Of a stretch of DNA of 64,000 nucleotides, positions 18,454 to 28,529 are shown one piece after another; within the stretch, counting starts at the first letter, position 1, and every line of letters begins with the position of its first letter. Origin of the DNA: Methanobacteriota archaeon (GTDB taxonomy: Archaea; Halobacteriota; Bog-38; Methanoflorentales; Methanoflorentaceae). The notes below the pieces were generated by a model that was given only the letters and a program-made list of their open reading frames with translations, did no database searches and was not told the origin of the DNA. The stretch covers positions 1,984,001 through 2,048,000 of the forward strand of contig OY970393.1 in NCBI GenBank assembly GCA_963720465.1, read 5' to 3'. The position numbers and the translations under genes are program-made.

Positions 18454-19992
18454 TCAAGTGAGTGGTTCGAGTCGCAGCTTGCCGTGGGTACGCTCCCACT
18501 CCTCGAGAGGGATGCTGTACTTCTTTTCGATGGCATCTCGGTAGCAGGGGCCACTATTGTACGCGCAAAATGGGATGATTAGTCCGTCTGGGACTGCGTA
18601 GTGGATGGCGCAACGCTTGACCCGTTCCACGTCGTAGTTGTAGGCGTCCATGAAATGCATGCCGCCGATAAAAAGGGTATGCTTATGAAAGTCTCCGAGC
18701 GCAGTGTAGTCGTGATGCAGCAAAACCGTCTTAATCATCTCTTTAAACTGAATGGACTTCGGCTGATTCTCCTCGTTGACGAGCGAATTTAGTGCTAGCA
18801 GTCCTCGCATAAGCGCTGTTGGCTTGCGCAGCACACCGCCATTATTCAGGTTGTTTGCAAGCTTTTGGGTAAGCTCAAAGAATTTGTCAACGTCCACGAA
18901 TCTATTTATCGGGATGAGCTTCCCGTCCTCGACGAACAAGTAGGTGGCGATGCCACAGTGCGGATGGCAGCTAAACTCGATCTGCGGAGCTCCTGTGTAA
19001 GCCTCAATGAGCTTTGAGATCGAAACGACACACGGCACGGGATAAAAGTCGTCAGCCCTTACTTGTCCGCCCGTCTGCTGTTCTATGTTAAATGCGAGGT
19101 CAGGTAGGGTAAACCTCTGTGCGTTTCTTACGGCCGGCGCTAAATCGTTCGCAGCGCCGGTGAAAGCCATTGGTTGGAAGTTGACCCCTCTGATTACGTC
19201 CAGGTTTTGAGCTGCAAAAAGGATTATTTTGCCGACTTCGTGTTCATTCAGCCCACGACCGATCGTAGGAACCAGCACTACGCCTTGGCCAACATCTCTA
19301 CAGTTCTCGATGGCCTTCTTTTTTAGCTCGATGAACCTGTCGGTCTGCTTGGATACCCCGTTGAATTGAAGATATACTGTGTTCAGCCCGGTGCGTCTAA
19401 GCCTGCCTGCGAGGGTCACATCTTTTGCAAGCCTGATGCCATTAGTGGCAATTTGGGTCTGAATAAAACCCAGCTCAACCGCTTTACTAATGATCTCGGG
19501 GAGATCGTCCCTCAGCGTTGGTTCGCCGCCAGAAAACTGCACCGCAAGCGTCGGGACGGGTCGTTCTTCGCGCAGCGTCGTAAGCATATCCGTGAGTTGC
19601 TCGAAAGTAGGCTCATAGACATAACCCCGAGCGTGGGCATTCGCAAAACACCATTCGCAGTGCAAGTTGCACCGGTTGGTGACGTCCACGTTTGCCAGAC
19701 ACGTGGATGTCAGATGGACATCACAGAGGCCGCATTCGAGTGGACATGCGTCGTGAAGCGTCAGTTGTGGGTTCTGAACCCCTTTTCCTGCGTACGAAAA
19801 GCGCTCAGCCTTGTGGTACATCTCTGCGCTGGACCAGTACAACTCGTCGAACACGCCGTGCTCAGGACATCTCTTGACCATCCACACCTGGCCGTCCTTC
19901 TGGTAGATGGTAGCCTCGATGGGCTTCAAGCATTCGTGGCACAAGGAGGTCGTTCGCTTAGGTAATGTGACAGGCGCTTCATAAATTGACAT
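18454..19992 (-). CDS. tes: Tetraether lipid synthase (GDGT-MAS radical SAM enzyme)
   Basis: N-terminal CxxC…CPEHG, CPLECGLC, radical SAM CNLHCEWC, CHPHCG and C-terminal RCAIHY…IPFCAYN. Confidence 0.92.
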   Translation of the reverse strand: MSIYEAPVTLPKRTTSLCHECLKPIEATIYQKDGQVWMVKRCPEHGVFDELYWSSAEMYHKAERFSYAGKGVQNPQLTLHDACPLECGLCDVHLTSTCLANVDVTNRCNLHCEWCFANAHARGYVYEPTFEQLTDMLTTLREERPVPTLAVQFSGGEPTLRDDLPEIISKAVELGFIQTQIATNGIRLAKDVTLAGRLRRTGLNTVYLQFNGVSKQTDRFIELKKKAIENCRDVGQGVVLVPTIGRGLNEHEVGKIILFAAQNLDVIRGVNFQPMAFTGAANDLAPAVRNAQRFTLPDLAFNIEQQTGGQVRADDFYPVPCVVSISKLIEAYTGAPQIEFSCHPHCGIATYLFVEDGKLIPINRFVDVDKFFELTQKLANNLNNGGVLRKPTALMRGLLALNSLVNEENQPKSIQFKEMIKTVLLHHDYTALGDFHKHTLFIGGMHFMDAYNYDVERVKRCAIHYAVPDGLIIPFCAYNSGPCYRDAIEKKYSIPLEEWERTHGKLRLEPLT

Positions 19993-20158
19993 GTAGTTCT
20001 CCGGCGTTTCCTAATAGAGTTTTTATGTTGTTACTATTATTATTTTGTGCTTTGAAGTGCGGGTGCAGAGCGGCAGTTATGTCGTGCTCTGGGCGATTAC
20101 GGACCAATTCGACCGCCGGAGACAGATTTAATATGCATGATGCGCCTTTCGCAATGCA

Positions 20159-20692
20159 ATGCTTGCGCTCATTATTGATGCCCTATGGCTGATGCTCCCC
20201 GCATACGTGCCTAATTCGAGTGCCGTCCTGTTTGCGGGAAAAACTCCTATAGATCTCGGTCGGAACTTTGTCGACGGAAAAAGGGTTTTTGGGCCGGGCA
20301 AAACGTTTAGAGGGTTAATCGGCGGGACGCTGTCAGGAATCGCAGTGGGCCTACTGCTACAACTCATCAAGAACAGCACACACATTGGCGTGCCCTCATT
20401 TGAGCCTCTTTCTGTGATAGCCACGTTATCATTGGGGGCGATGCTCGGAGACCTCACAAAGAGTTTCTTTAAAAGGAGGCTGGGGATGGATCGGGGGGAC
20501 CCGCTTCCTATTGTCGATCAGCTCGACTTTGTCATCGGCGCGTGGGTGCTCACCTATGTTTTTTTTAGCGGCTGGTTTACCCTCAACTTTACGCTCCCTG
20601 TAATCGTCGTCGTCCTGATCTTAACTCCGCTCTTGCACCTCGCCGTCAACGTCATCGGGTTCAAGCTTGGCAAGAAAAAGGAGCCGTGGTAA
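20159..20692 (+). CDS. carS: CDP-archaeol synthase
   Basis: PAYVPN, PID, GPGKTFRG, GDLxKSFFKRR and DQLDF motifs. Confidence 0.95.
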   Translation: MLALIIDALWLMLPAYVPNSSAVLFAGKTPIDLGRNFVDGKRVFGPGKTFRGLIGGTLSGIAVGLLLQLIKNSTHIGVPSFEPLSVIATLSLGAMLGDLTKSFFKRRLGMDRGDPLPIVDQLDFVIGAWVLTYVFFSGWFTLNFTLPVIVVVLILTPLLHLAVNVIGFKLGKKKEPW

Positions 20693-21595
20693 CTAACAGA
20701 GCAGCTTTAACAGCAAGGCCTTGTGGGCGTGCAATCGGTTTTCCGCTTGGTCAAAAACGGCTGAATGTGGTCCGTCCATGACTTCGTCAGTGATCTCCTG
20801 CCCCCGGTGGGCGGGAAGACAGTGGAGAACGATCGCGTCGCTCTTTGCTACATCAAGCACCTTGCGGTCAATGCGGTACTCAGAGAACGCGCGCGCGCGC
20901 AGTGCAGAGGCGGCTTCATCTCCCATAGAAACCCAGGCGTCCGTATATAAAATATCTGCAGCGGAGGCTGCTTCCAGCGGATCGCGAAGGATTCTCACGG
21001 CGGACAGCTGCTGACCTCTGCGCAGAATCTCGTCGTTCGGTTCATAACCGGAGGGGCACGCGACGTCAACGCTCATACCCATCAGCGCGCACGACAGTAT
21101 TGCTGAATTGCAGACATTATTTCCGTCTCCAATCCACGCGAGTTTCATACCGCTGAGCGCCCCCTTCTTCTCATAAATCGTCATCAAGTCTGCTAGTAGC
21201 TGACACGGGTGCTCGATATCAGAAAGGGCGTTAATCACGGGGACTGAGGCGTTTTTAGCCATGTCAATGATCGTTGAATGGCTGTTCGCCCGCATGATGA
21301 TGCAGCTCAGATACCGTGAGAGTACGCGCGCCGTATCTGCAGTCGTCTCCCCTCGTCCCAACTGAAGGTCATTCCAGTTCAAGTAGATGGGGTATCCGCC
21401 CAACTCGACCACCGCAACTTCAAACGCCGTTCGCGTTCGAGTTGAGGGTTTTTCAAATATCATCCCAAGGGTTTTGTGCTCTAAACCGTTCGGGAATATT
21501 CCTTTTGATCGTTCTTCTTTGAGGCGGATGGCAAGCTGGATGATCTCGAAGATTTCACCTTTCGTTAAATCGCCAATAGAAATAAGATTCTTCAT
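20693..21595 (-). CDS. argF: Ornithine carbamoyltransferase
   Basis: STRT, HPCQ, WVSMG and HCLP motifs. Confidence 0.97.
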   Translation of the reverse strand: MKNLISIGDLTKGEIFEIIQLAIRLKEERSKGIFPNGLEHKTLGMIFEKPSTRTRTAFEVAVVELGGYPIYLNWNDLQLGRGETTADTARVLSRYLSCIIMRANSHSTIIDMAKNASVPVINALSDIEHPCQLLADLMTIYEKKGALSGMKLAWIGDGNNVCNSAILSCALMGMSVDVACPSGYEPNDEILRRGQQLSAVRILRDPLEAASAADILYTDAWVSMGDEAASALRARAFSEYRIDRKVLDVAKSDAIVLHCLPAHRGQEITDEVMDGPHSAVFDQAENRLHAHKALLLKLLC

Positions 21596-21625
21596 TGTGA
21601 ATCCTCTAAGGGGCACAATTCTTAG

Positions 21626-22906
21626 CTAAGCATCCCTGATGCGCTTCATGTGCTCAATGCGACTCTGTACTAGCTCTTTTTTCCCGATGTCGTGCCGCGC
21701 AAATACGTCACCCTTTATAAACTGAAGCGCTCGCTCTGCTTGTTGTTCCGCATTTTCTATAGTCTCTGCCACGCCGAGGACTGCCAAAGCTCGAGACGTA
21801 GTGGTGGTGATCGTGCCGTTGCGGTCATCGACGCTTGCATAAAACAGCGCGGCATCGATGTGATCCTTATCGATCGTGATCTCGGTTGGCTTGGGGTTCG
21901 TTGGATAGCCGGCCGGCACAACGTATTTGCAGACCGTTGCACGAAGGTCGTAATCAGTCTGCTTCAACGTGCCATCGACAGCCGATTCTGCGAGCTCAAT
22001 GAAGTCGGATCTGAGCAGAGGAAGAATGTTCATCGCTTCTGGATCCCCGAATCGACAGTTGAACTCGACAACCATGGGTCCCGTTCGTGTAAGCATGAAT
22101 TGGCCGTACAAGATACCCTTAAACGTAATACCCTCACTTTTCAGAGCGTTTACCGTGTCTTGCATTATGGTTACAGCAGCGCGGTAGTCTTCTTCGGTCA
22201 TGAAAGGTAGCACGTAGGACTTGTCTGTATAAGAACCCATCCCTCCCGTGTTCGGTCCAAGGTCGCCTTCAAAGGCGCGCTTGTGATCTTGAACTGCTGG
22301 CGCGGGTGCCAACACCTTCCCGTCAACGAATGCTTGCACCGTGAATTCTTCCCCAGAAAGGCACTCTTCAATGACTACAGGCCCTCGAAGCTTCTTCAGG
22401 TACTCTTTGCCCTCGGAATAGCTATTGATGACTACAACACCCTTTCCGCCAGTCAACCCAACTGGCTTGATAACTAACTCTTCTTCATCGATGTTGTCTC
22501 TGATGAAGCGATCTGCATCACTTAAATCGTCGAACAGCGCGTATTTAGGACATCCTCTGATGCCTTTTTCAGACATGAACGAGCGGGCCCATCCTTTATC
22601 TGATTCGATTAAAGCTGCGTTCCGCGTAGGTCCAAAAGCGCGCACACCGCGTTCGTCGAGCACATCTACGATCCCCTCTGCCAGCGGTGCCTCAGGCCCG
22701 ATCACTACTAGGTCGGCGCGGCGGGCGTAATCTGCCACTTTCTCTAAGTCAGTTTCGTCGACGAGGAGGTAATCCTTGCACAATTGGGCGATACCTGGGT
22801 TTTTGTATTTCATTGCGGCGTAGAGCGTCGGCTCTTCAACGCTCTGAGCAATCGCCATCGCCATGGCGTGTTCACGACCGCCTGAACCTACTAACAGGAC
22901 CTTCAT
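21626..22906 (-). CDS. purD: Phosphoribosylamine--glycine ligase
   Basis: GSGGREHA, GPNTGGMG and EFNCRFGDPE motifs. Confidence 0.97.
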   Translation of the reverse strand: MKVLLVGSGGREHAMAMAIAQSVEEPTLYAAMKYKNPGIAQLCKDYLLVDETDLEKVADYARRADLVVIGPEAPLAEGIVDVLDERGVRAFGPTRNAALIESDKGWARSFMSEKGIRGCPKYALFDDLSDADRFIRDNIDEEELVIKPVGLTGGKGVVVINSYSEGKEYLKKLRGPVVIEECLSGEEFTVQAFVDGKVLAPAPAVQDHKRAFEGDLGPNTGGMGSYTDKSYVLPFMTEEDYRAAVTIMQDTVNALKSEGITFKGILYGQFMLTRTGPMVVEFNCRFGDPEAMNILPLLRSDFIELAESAVDGTLKQTDYDLRATVCKYVVPAGYPTNPKPTEITIDKDHIDAALFYASVDDRNGTITTTTSRALAVLGVAETIENAEQQAERALQFIKGDVFARHDIGKKELVQSRIEHMKRIRDA

Positions 22907-23245
22907 GGTGTGGTGGGTAAGTCATTTTGCGATAAAAAGCTATCCGGGGAGCCGGCAAATATGAGACAAATAAGATGAATGACGAGTAGTTTGGAGTTTA
23001 ACTTTCAATATTAATATTATTAGTTAATATAAAGTATACAACTGTTGACAAAATAACATAAAGTATTTAACTATTTACAATGGTCAGTTCTTGTGCAGAA
23101 GATATAAATGCGCGGCGCTGTTCGCCAGCAACAGCTATATGAGCTGCTAATCCACACTAAACGGCAAAGCAAAAATCGGAACTTTTATAGATCATCACGG
23201 CCGCCTATGTGTTGGGCCTCGAAACAATTCTAACGAGACGGTTGA

Positions 23246-25072
23246 ATGTGCGGCATAGTAGGATGTATCGGCAACCGAAGCGTTACGCCAATCATAGTTG
23301 AGTCATTGAAACGGCTCGAGTACCGAGGTTATGACTCAGCAGGCATTGCCACGCTGAACGGCGCGGAAATTGATATAACGAAAACAGAAGGAAAGATCGC
23401 TGATCTTGAAAATATTTTAAGTTTGACCAACAATGCCTGCGTTGGAATCGGTCACACCCGTTGGGCTACACACGGGATTCCATCCTCCACCAACGCGCAC
23501 CCACACGCCGACTGCAGTGGCAGTTTCGCCGTGGTTCACAACGGCATCATCGAGAACTTTCAAGCTCTGAAAGATGAGCTTACGAGCAAAGGCCACATTT
23601 TCAGCTCTGAGACGGATACTGAAGTGCTAGCACACCTCTGTGAAGACTGCTACAATGGTGACCTTGAACGCGCCGTGCGGGAGGCGCTGCTGCGCGTCGA
23701 AGGCTCATATGCCATTGCGGTCATATCAGACAATGAACCAGACGTTATTGTTGCCGCGAGAAAGGACAGCCCGTTGATCGTGGGATTGGGAGATGGAGAG
23801 AACTTCCTGGCGAGTGATATTCCAGCAATCAGGAAATACACGAATAAGATCATATATATTAACGATGGTGAAATCGTCCGTCTCACCAGAGACAACGTGA
23901 CCGTATCAACATTACAAGGCGTGAATGTTGAGAAGCCCGTGACAATCGTCGAGGGAAGCATCCAAGACGCGGAGCGGGGGGGTTACGAGCACTTTATGCT
24001 CAAGGAGATCCACGAGCAACCCAAGGCATTGCGGGACACCATGGAAGATCGCTTGTGCGAGCTGGAAGGTAGCATCGATTTCAAGGAACTTCGCCCGTTT
24101 GAGGACGAGATTAAAAATATTGAAGGCATTACAATCATCGCCTGTGGGACGTCGTACCACGCCGGGATCCTCGGAAAGTACGCCCTCGAGGATTTGCTGC
24201 GAATCCCGGTCAAGGTGGAGTACAGCTCTGAGTTTCGCTATAATAATTTCCTTTCGGGCAACAGATCCCTGGCAATCTGCATCAGTCAGTCAGGTGAGAC
24301 TGCAGACACGCTCGCCGCGATGAACGAGGCAAAGTCGCAAGGCTACCTAACGCTCGCGATAACAAACGTGGTCGGAAGCACGATTACGCGAAAAGCCGAC
24401 GAAATTCTGCTAACGAAATCAGGAATAGAAATTGGGGTCGCGGCCACAAAAACCTTCACGGCGCAGATACTTACACTTTACATGTTCGGCCTCTACGTGG
24501 CGCGATTGAAGAAGCTCATCGACGTTGAGACGTCACGCCATATCATAACCTCGATGAAGTCCGTGCCGGGCCTGATAGAGTCACTTCTCGACAATATTAG
24601 CAACATCGAAAAAACTTCCTCTCGAATTTGCGAAGCGGATTGCTGCTATTTCATCGGGCGTGGGTTTAGCTATCCCATCGCGCTTGAAGGCGCACTTAAG
24701 ATGAAAGAGATCTCTTACATCAAAGCAGAGGGATTTCCGGCAGGAGAGCTAAAACACGGCCCACTTGCTCTTATCACCGCGGGCACCCCCGTTGTCGCCA
24801 TAGTGCCGAAAGGTAAGACATATTACAAAACGCTCGGCAATATAAAAGAGGTAAAGGCACGAAACGCCTTCGTCATTGCGATCGCGAACGCATCTGACGA
24901 CGAGATCGTCAAATATGTGGACTCTGTGATCAAGATACCGGATGTCGATGAATTGTTCTCGCCGATGCTCGCTGCAGTCGTGCTCCAGTTACTCGCGTAC
25001 TATACAGCCAAGGACATAGGCGCCGAGATCGATCAACCGCGCAATCTCGCCAAGAGCGTTACGGTTGAATAG
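23246..25072 (+). CDS. glmS: Glutamine--fructose-6-phosphate aminotransferase
   Basis: MCGI start, HTRWATHG, SQSGETADT, C-terminal PRNLAKSVTVE. Confidence 0.98.
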   Translation: MCGIVGCIGNRSVTPIIVESLKRLEYRGYDSAGIATLNGAEIDITKTEGKIADLENILSLTNNACVGIGHTRWATHGIPSSTNAHPHADCSGSFAVVHNGIIENFQALKDELTSKGHIFSSETDTEVLAHLCEDCYNGDLERAVREALLRVEGSYAIAVISDNEPDVIVAARKDSPLIVGLGDGENFLASDIPAIRKYTNKIIYINDGEIVRLTRDNVTVSTLQGVNVEKPVTIVEGSIQDAERGGYEHFMLKEIHEQPKALRDTMEDRLCELEGSIDFKELRPFEDEIKNIEGITIIACGTSYHAGILGKYALEDLLRIPVKVEYSSEFRYNNFLSGNRSLAICISQSGETADTLAAMNEAKSQGYLTLAITNVVGSTITRKADEILLTKSGIEIGVAATKTFTAQILTLYMFGLYVARLKKLIDVETSRHIITSMKSVPGLIESLLDNISNIEKTSSRICEADCCYFIGRGFSYPIALEGALKMKEISYIKAEGFPAGELKHGPLALITAGTPVVAIVPKGKTYYKTLGNIKEVKARNAFVIAIANASDDEIVKYVDSVIKIPDVDELFSPMLAAVVLQLLAYYTAKDIGAEIDQPRNLAKSVTVE

Positions 25073-25184
25073 CTGCTAACGCATCGAGTTTTGTAAGCAG
25101 GTCTGGCCACACTGGGCCTTCGATTGGTCGGTGTTACGGCCACATTAACGTAATTTCACACACGGAGGACGACCGTTTGTAGTT

Positions 25185-26339
25185 ATGCGAAAGACCACCC
25201 CGCCTGAACGGGCCATATACCCTCCCGCCATTGGCATCAGACTTGTGATCCACGGACCTGAACTCATAGACTCCGGAAGAATCGCTGATATCGTAGAAGC
25301 TTTGCGCCCACTTGGACCACTGTACGTGCTAGCTGGAGGTACAATGGCCCGCGTCGCAGCCTTAGATAAGCATCTGACGTTCATTGATACCTCCCAAAAG
25401 ATACACACAAGCGATGCGCTAAACCACGCTTCAGACAAAGAGGTAGCCGTTCTTGCCAATTATGGCAAAACTTCTGAAACAGGACGCGTCTTCGGCCAGA
25501 TAGTATCATCGCGCGTGCGACGTTCTGTTATCCACGTGGAGCGACCGGGCTCAGTCGACGGAAGTGTTATCCTTTGGCGGGGCGCTGACGGGGACACGTC
25601 CCGCAACGTTCAGTACGTCGCTAGTCATTTGTCGGATCGTCTATCGCTTAAGCTCATCAAAAAGCAAAAAAGAGAGTTGTGCGTGGAGCAGACCGGCGAA
25701 GTTGTTACGCGACATATCTACGGCGCCAGGCCAGGGGAACCGTTGTTGGTTCAGGGAATGGTCGTCGGGACAGTGGTTGATAGCGACGTCGCGCTCATCG
25801 TACAACGAGGCAGAATTGTCGACATTGCAGGCGTTGCTACGAAAGCGCACGGGCTTGAGAAAACTGGCAATATTGACTTGGGCACAGCCTATGTTAAGAC
25901 CGGACACCTCAGAGCGAGCAATGAAGCGTGCGTTCAACGCTCGATGCTGCCTGCGCGCCCGTTACAACGCGGTTCAGTCGCATTTGTCAACCACAGCGCA
26001 GACGAAACCTTGGAATCTGTCAATGAAACAACGATCTGTGCTGTTACTGTCGGAGACGATACCACATCAATCTGCGGCGACATCTTATCACGGGCTGGCA
26101 TTCCGATCGTCGGTATCACTGATGGCGACGGAGATGGACTCTATACGGGCGCGTGCGAGGTTGAGGGTTCGCTTGTTCTGCGTCTTGGCAACGCAAGCGA
26201 CGACGATATAGGCTTCTTGCTTGAACGAAGCGGGGAGCTTGATGGCGGAGCCTACACTTTGGCCAACGTTATCGAAATCGTCACGAATTTTTTGCGCGAG
26301 ATGGGAGTTGTTTGGCAGTATAATTCGCGCGAAAAATGA
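25185..26339 (+). CDS. DUF2117 family protein
   Basis: IHGPELIDSG, GGTMARVA, NYGKT, TVGDDTT and GITDGD motifs. Confidence 0.85.
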   Translation: MRKTTPPERAIYPPAIGIRLVIHGPELIDSGRIADIVEALRPLGPLYVLAGGTMARVAALDKHLTFIDTSQKIHTSDALNHASDKEVAVLANYGKTSETGRVFGQIVSSRVRRSVIHVERPGSVDGSVILWRGADGDTSRNVQYVASHLSDRLSLKLIKKQKRELCVEQTGEVVTRHIYGARPGEPLLVQGMVVGTVVDSDVALIVQRGRIVDIAGVATKAHGLEKTGNIDLGTAYVKTGHLRASNEACVQRSMLPARPLQRGSVAFVNHSADETLESVNETTICAVTVGDDTTSICGDILSRAGIPIVGITDGDGDGLYTGACEVEGSLVLRLGNASDDDIGFLLERSGELDGGAYTLANVIEIVTNFLREMGVVWQYNSREK

Positions 26340-26844
26340 CTCGGCTTGAAGATGAATAGTCTGTACAGGGCGCGCATTGCGTCCGAACCTCGTATTAATT
26401 TTCAAAGATGACCTAATCGTGCAAAAGGGAATCGAAAGGCGGCGACCAGCGTGCGGTTGACGTGATGAGCACCGTGTTAAGAGCTGATGCTCTGTTACGC
26501 GTCGCGCGTCCAGAGACGAATTCTGCCTGCAACTTCGCACCAAATTTCACGAGACATCATAAGCTTGACGTACGAAAGCGTTCGTCAAATATGAAACGTC
26601 GTGGTAGCGATGATCGAAGCGAATCCTGCGACAAGCTGAATGGGTCGAAAAATGCCTCAAATAATTGACACCGGCTTTGTTCATCCACATACGTCCGTAA
26701 ATTAGAAACATCCATATAGGGCGTAGCGGTAGTTGCCTGCCATGCTCGCTGCACAAACGGCCCTAAAACGGTCTAGATTTTATACTATTAGGGTTAATAA
26801 AATTCATCTTATCTCTCTAAATGCACCAAAAGGAGGTTACTAGT

Positions 26845-28069
26845 TTGGCCAATATAGTTGAAATGGCGCCGGTTACTCGTGTCGAAGGGCACTCCAAGTT
26901 AGTTCTAGAGACAAACGATGACGGCATAGTGGAAAAAGGAAACTACTTCAGCATTACGCCGATCAGAAACTTTGAAAAGTTCCTTATCGGAAAGCCGATG
27001 GAGTTTGCCCCACTCGCAACATCACGGATATGTGGCATCTGCCCCATCACTCACTCGTGTGCTTCGGTAGAAGCCGTCGAGGACTCAATCGGCGTTCAGC
27101 CGCCGAAGGACGGCATGTTACTGCGAGAGCTCGCTGCGATTGCTAACAAAATGCACAGCCACCCGCTTCATAACATTTTGATTCTCCCGGACTTTGGGAT
27201 CGGAGTCGGCTTTGACAAAAACGTCTACGCAGACGTCATGAAGCGCTGTCAGGGAATGAGAAAAGTCGCCCAGAACATCATTGATATGGTCGGCGGAGAG
27301 GGCCTACACGCTCCAGACATCGTTATAGGCGGGATGCAACATAACATCAGCGATCTTGCAAGAGCGAAATTGCAGAGTACTCTACGAACCTACGAAGGAC
27401 TTGCAAACGAACAGATCGACTTCATGATGGGGCTAATCAAGGACTCTGACTATCCGTCCGACATGGGGCTGCACGACTACGACGTGTTTGCTTCGGACTT
27501 GACCTATGGCGACAGAACGGCCTTCCCGTGGGACACGTTTAACGAAGAACAGCCGAACAACTGGTACAGCTCGCTTGAAGTTGGGCAAGAGGCAAACAAT
27601 ACCATATGCCTTATCGGTGGCGAACCGGTTGAAGTCGGCCCGCGCGCACGTGCCGCGACGTTCAAGGGATTCACTGAGAGAGGCGCACTGGCCATCCAAA
27701 AGGCTCGGCTTCGTGAACAAGGTACGCTTGTTCATCGGGCAGAGAATATCCTGGACGAGCTCAATACAAGCGGGCTAACAAAGGAACCGTGTGCCGGTCG
27801 CGGCGACAACGAGCTTGGAGTCGGAATCAACGAAGCAGCTCGTGGCGCGAACGTTCACATGGCGCGGGTCAAGGAGGGCAGGATTCGGGTACTACAACTG
27901 CCTGGTTCCGACGACATGGAATTACCCAACAATCAGTAAAGCGTTAGAAGGAGACCACTACAAGTTCGCGGAAGTCATAGTACGGATGTATGATCCGTGC
28001 AACTCATGCGCAACGCATATGATCGTGTTGGATCCTGAAAAAAACATCATTCGGAACAAGATGATCTAA
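26845..28069 (+). CDS. frhA: F420-reducing hydrogenase alpha subunit, interrupted by a one-base insertion at 27887-27889
   Basis: TTG start after AGGAGG; TRVEGH, RICGIC; the C-terminal [11 protein letters not shown]…DPCNSCATH lies in another frame (ORF 27791..28069). Confidence 0.92.
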
Positions 28070-28070
28070 A

Positions 28071-28529
28071 GTGAGCGACTCGATTTGCGATGCAGAGGCG
28101 ATTATAGCCTGCTGCGGGAATCCACTCTACGGCGATAATGGCTTCGGGACTGCCTTAGCTCCTGTACTAAAAGAGACATTGAATGGCGCACCGCGCCTTA
28201 AGATCGTCGACGTCGGCAGAGGGTACTTCTTATTTGGTATTCTTGGATGCAAGAAGCTCGTACTCGTCGATTCGATAGATTTCGGAGGTGCTCCTGGAGA
28301 GCTAAGAAAGTTTTCCACAGATGATGTCGATAGGGATCGTTACGCCGATCATCAGTGCTGGCAGACGTCTACACCACTCGACGAGTTAGAGGAACGATGT
28401 GAGGTAGTAATCGTTGCGTGCCAGCCAAAGACTTATAAGCAAATCGAATTTGGACTTACAGAAGAAGTTAAAGGATCGATTCCTGATGCTACGGAGTTAA
28501 TCCAAAAAGAAGTAGAGGAGTATTTATGA
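28071..28529 (+). CDS. frhD: Hydrogenase maturation protease
   Basis: CGNPLYGDNGFG, VDSIDFG and ACQP motifs; operon position. Confidence 0.9.
   Translation: MSDSICDAEAIIACCGNPLYGDNGFGTALAPVLKETLNGAPRLKIVDVGRGYFLFGILGCKKLVLVDSIDFGGAPGELRKFSTDDVDRDRYADHQCWQTSTPLDELEERCEVVIVACQPKTYKQIEFGLTEEVKGSIPDATELIQKEVEEYL

Noticed and set aside
23085-23245. Possible glmS ribozyme in the glmS leader
   Set aside because: No match to the conserved ribozyme core was seen, and the ribozyme is bacterial
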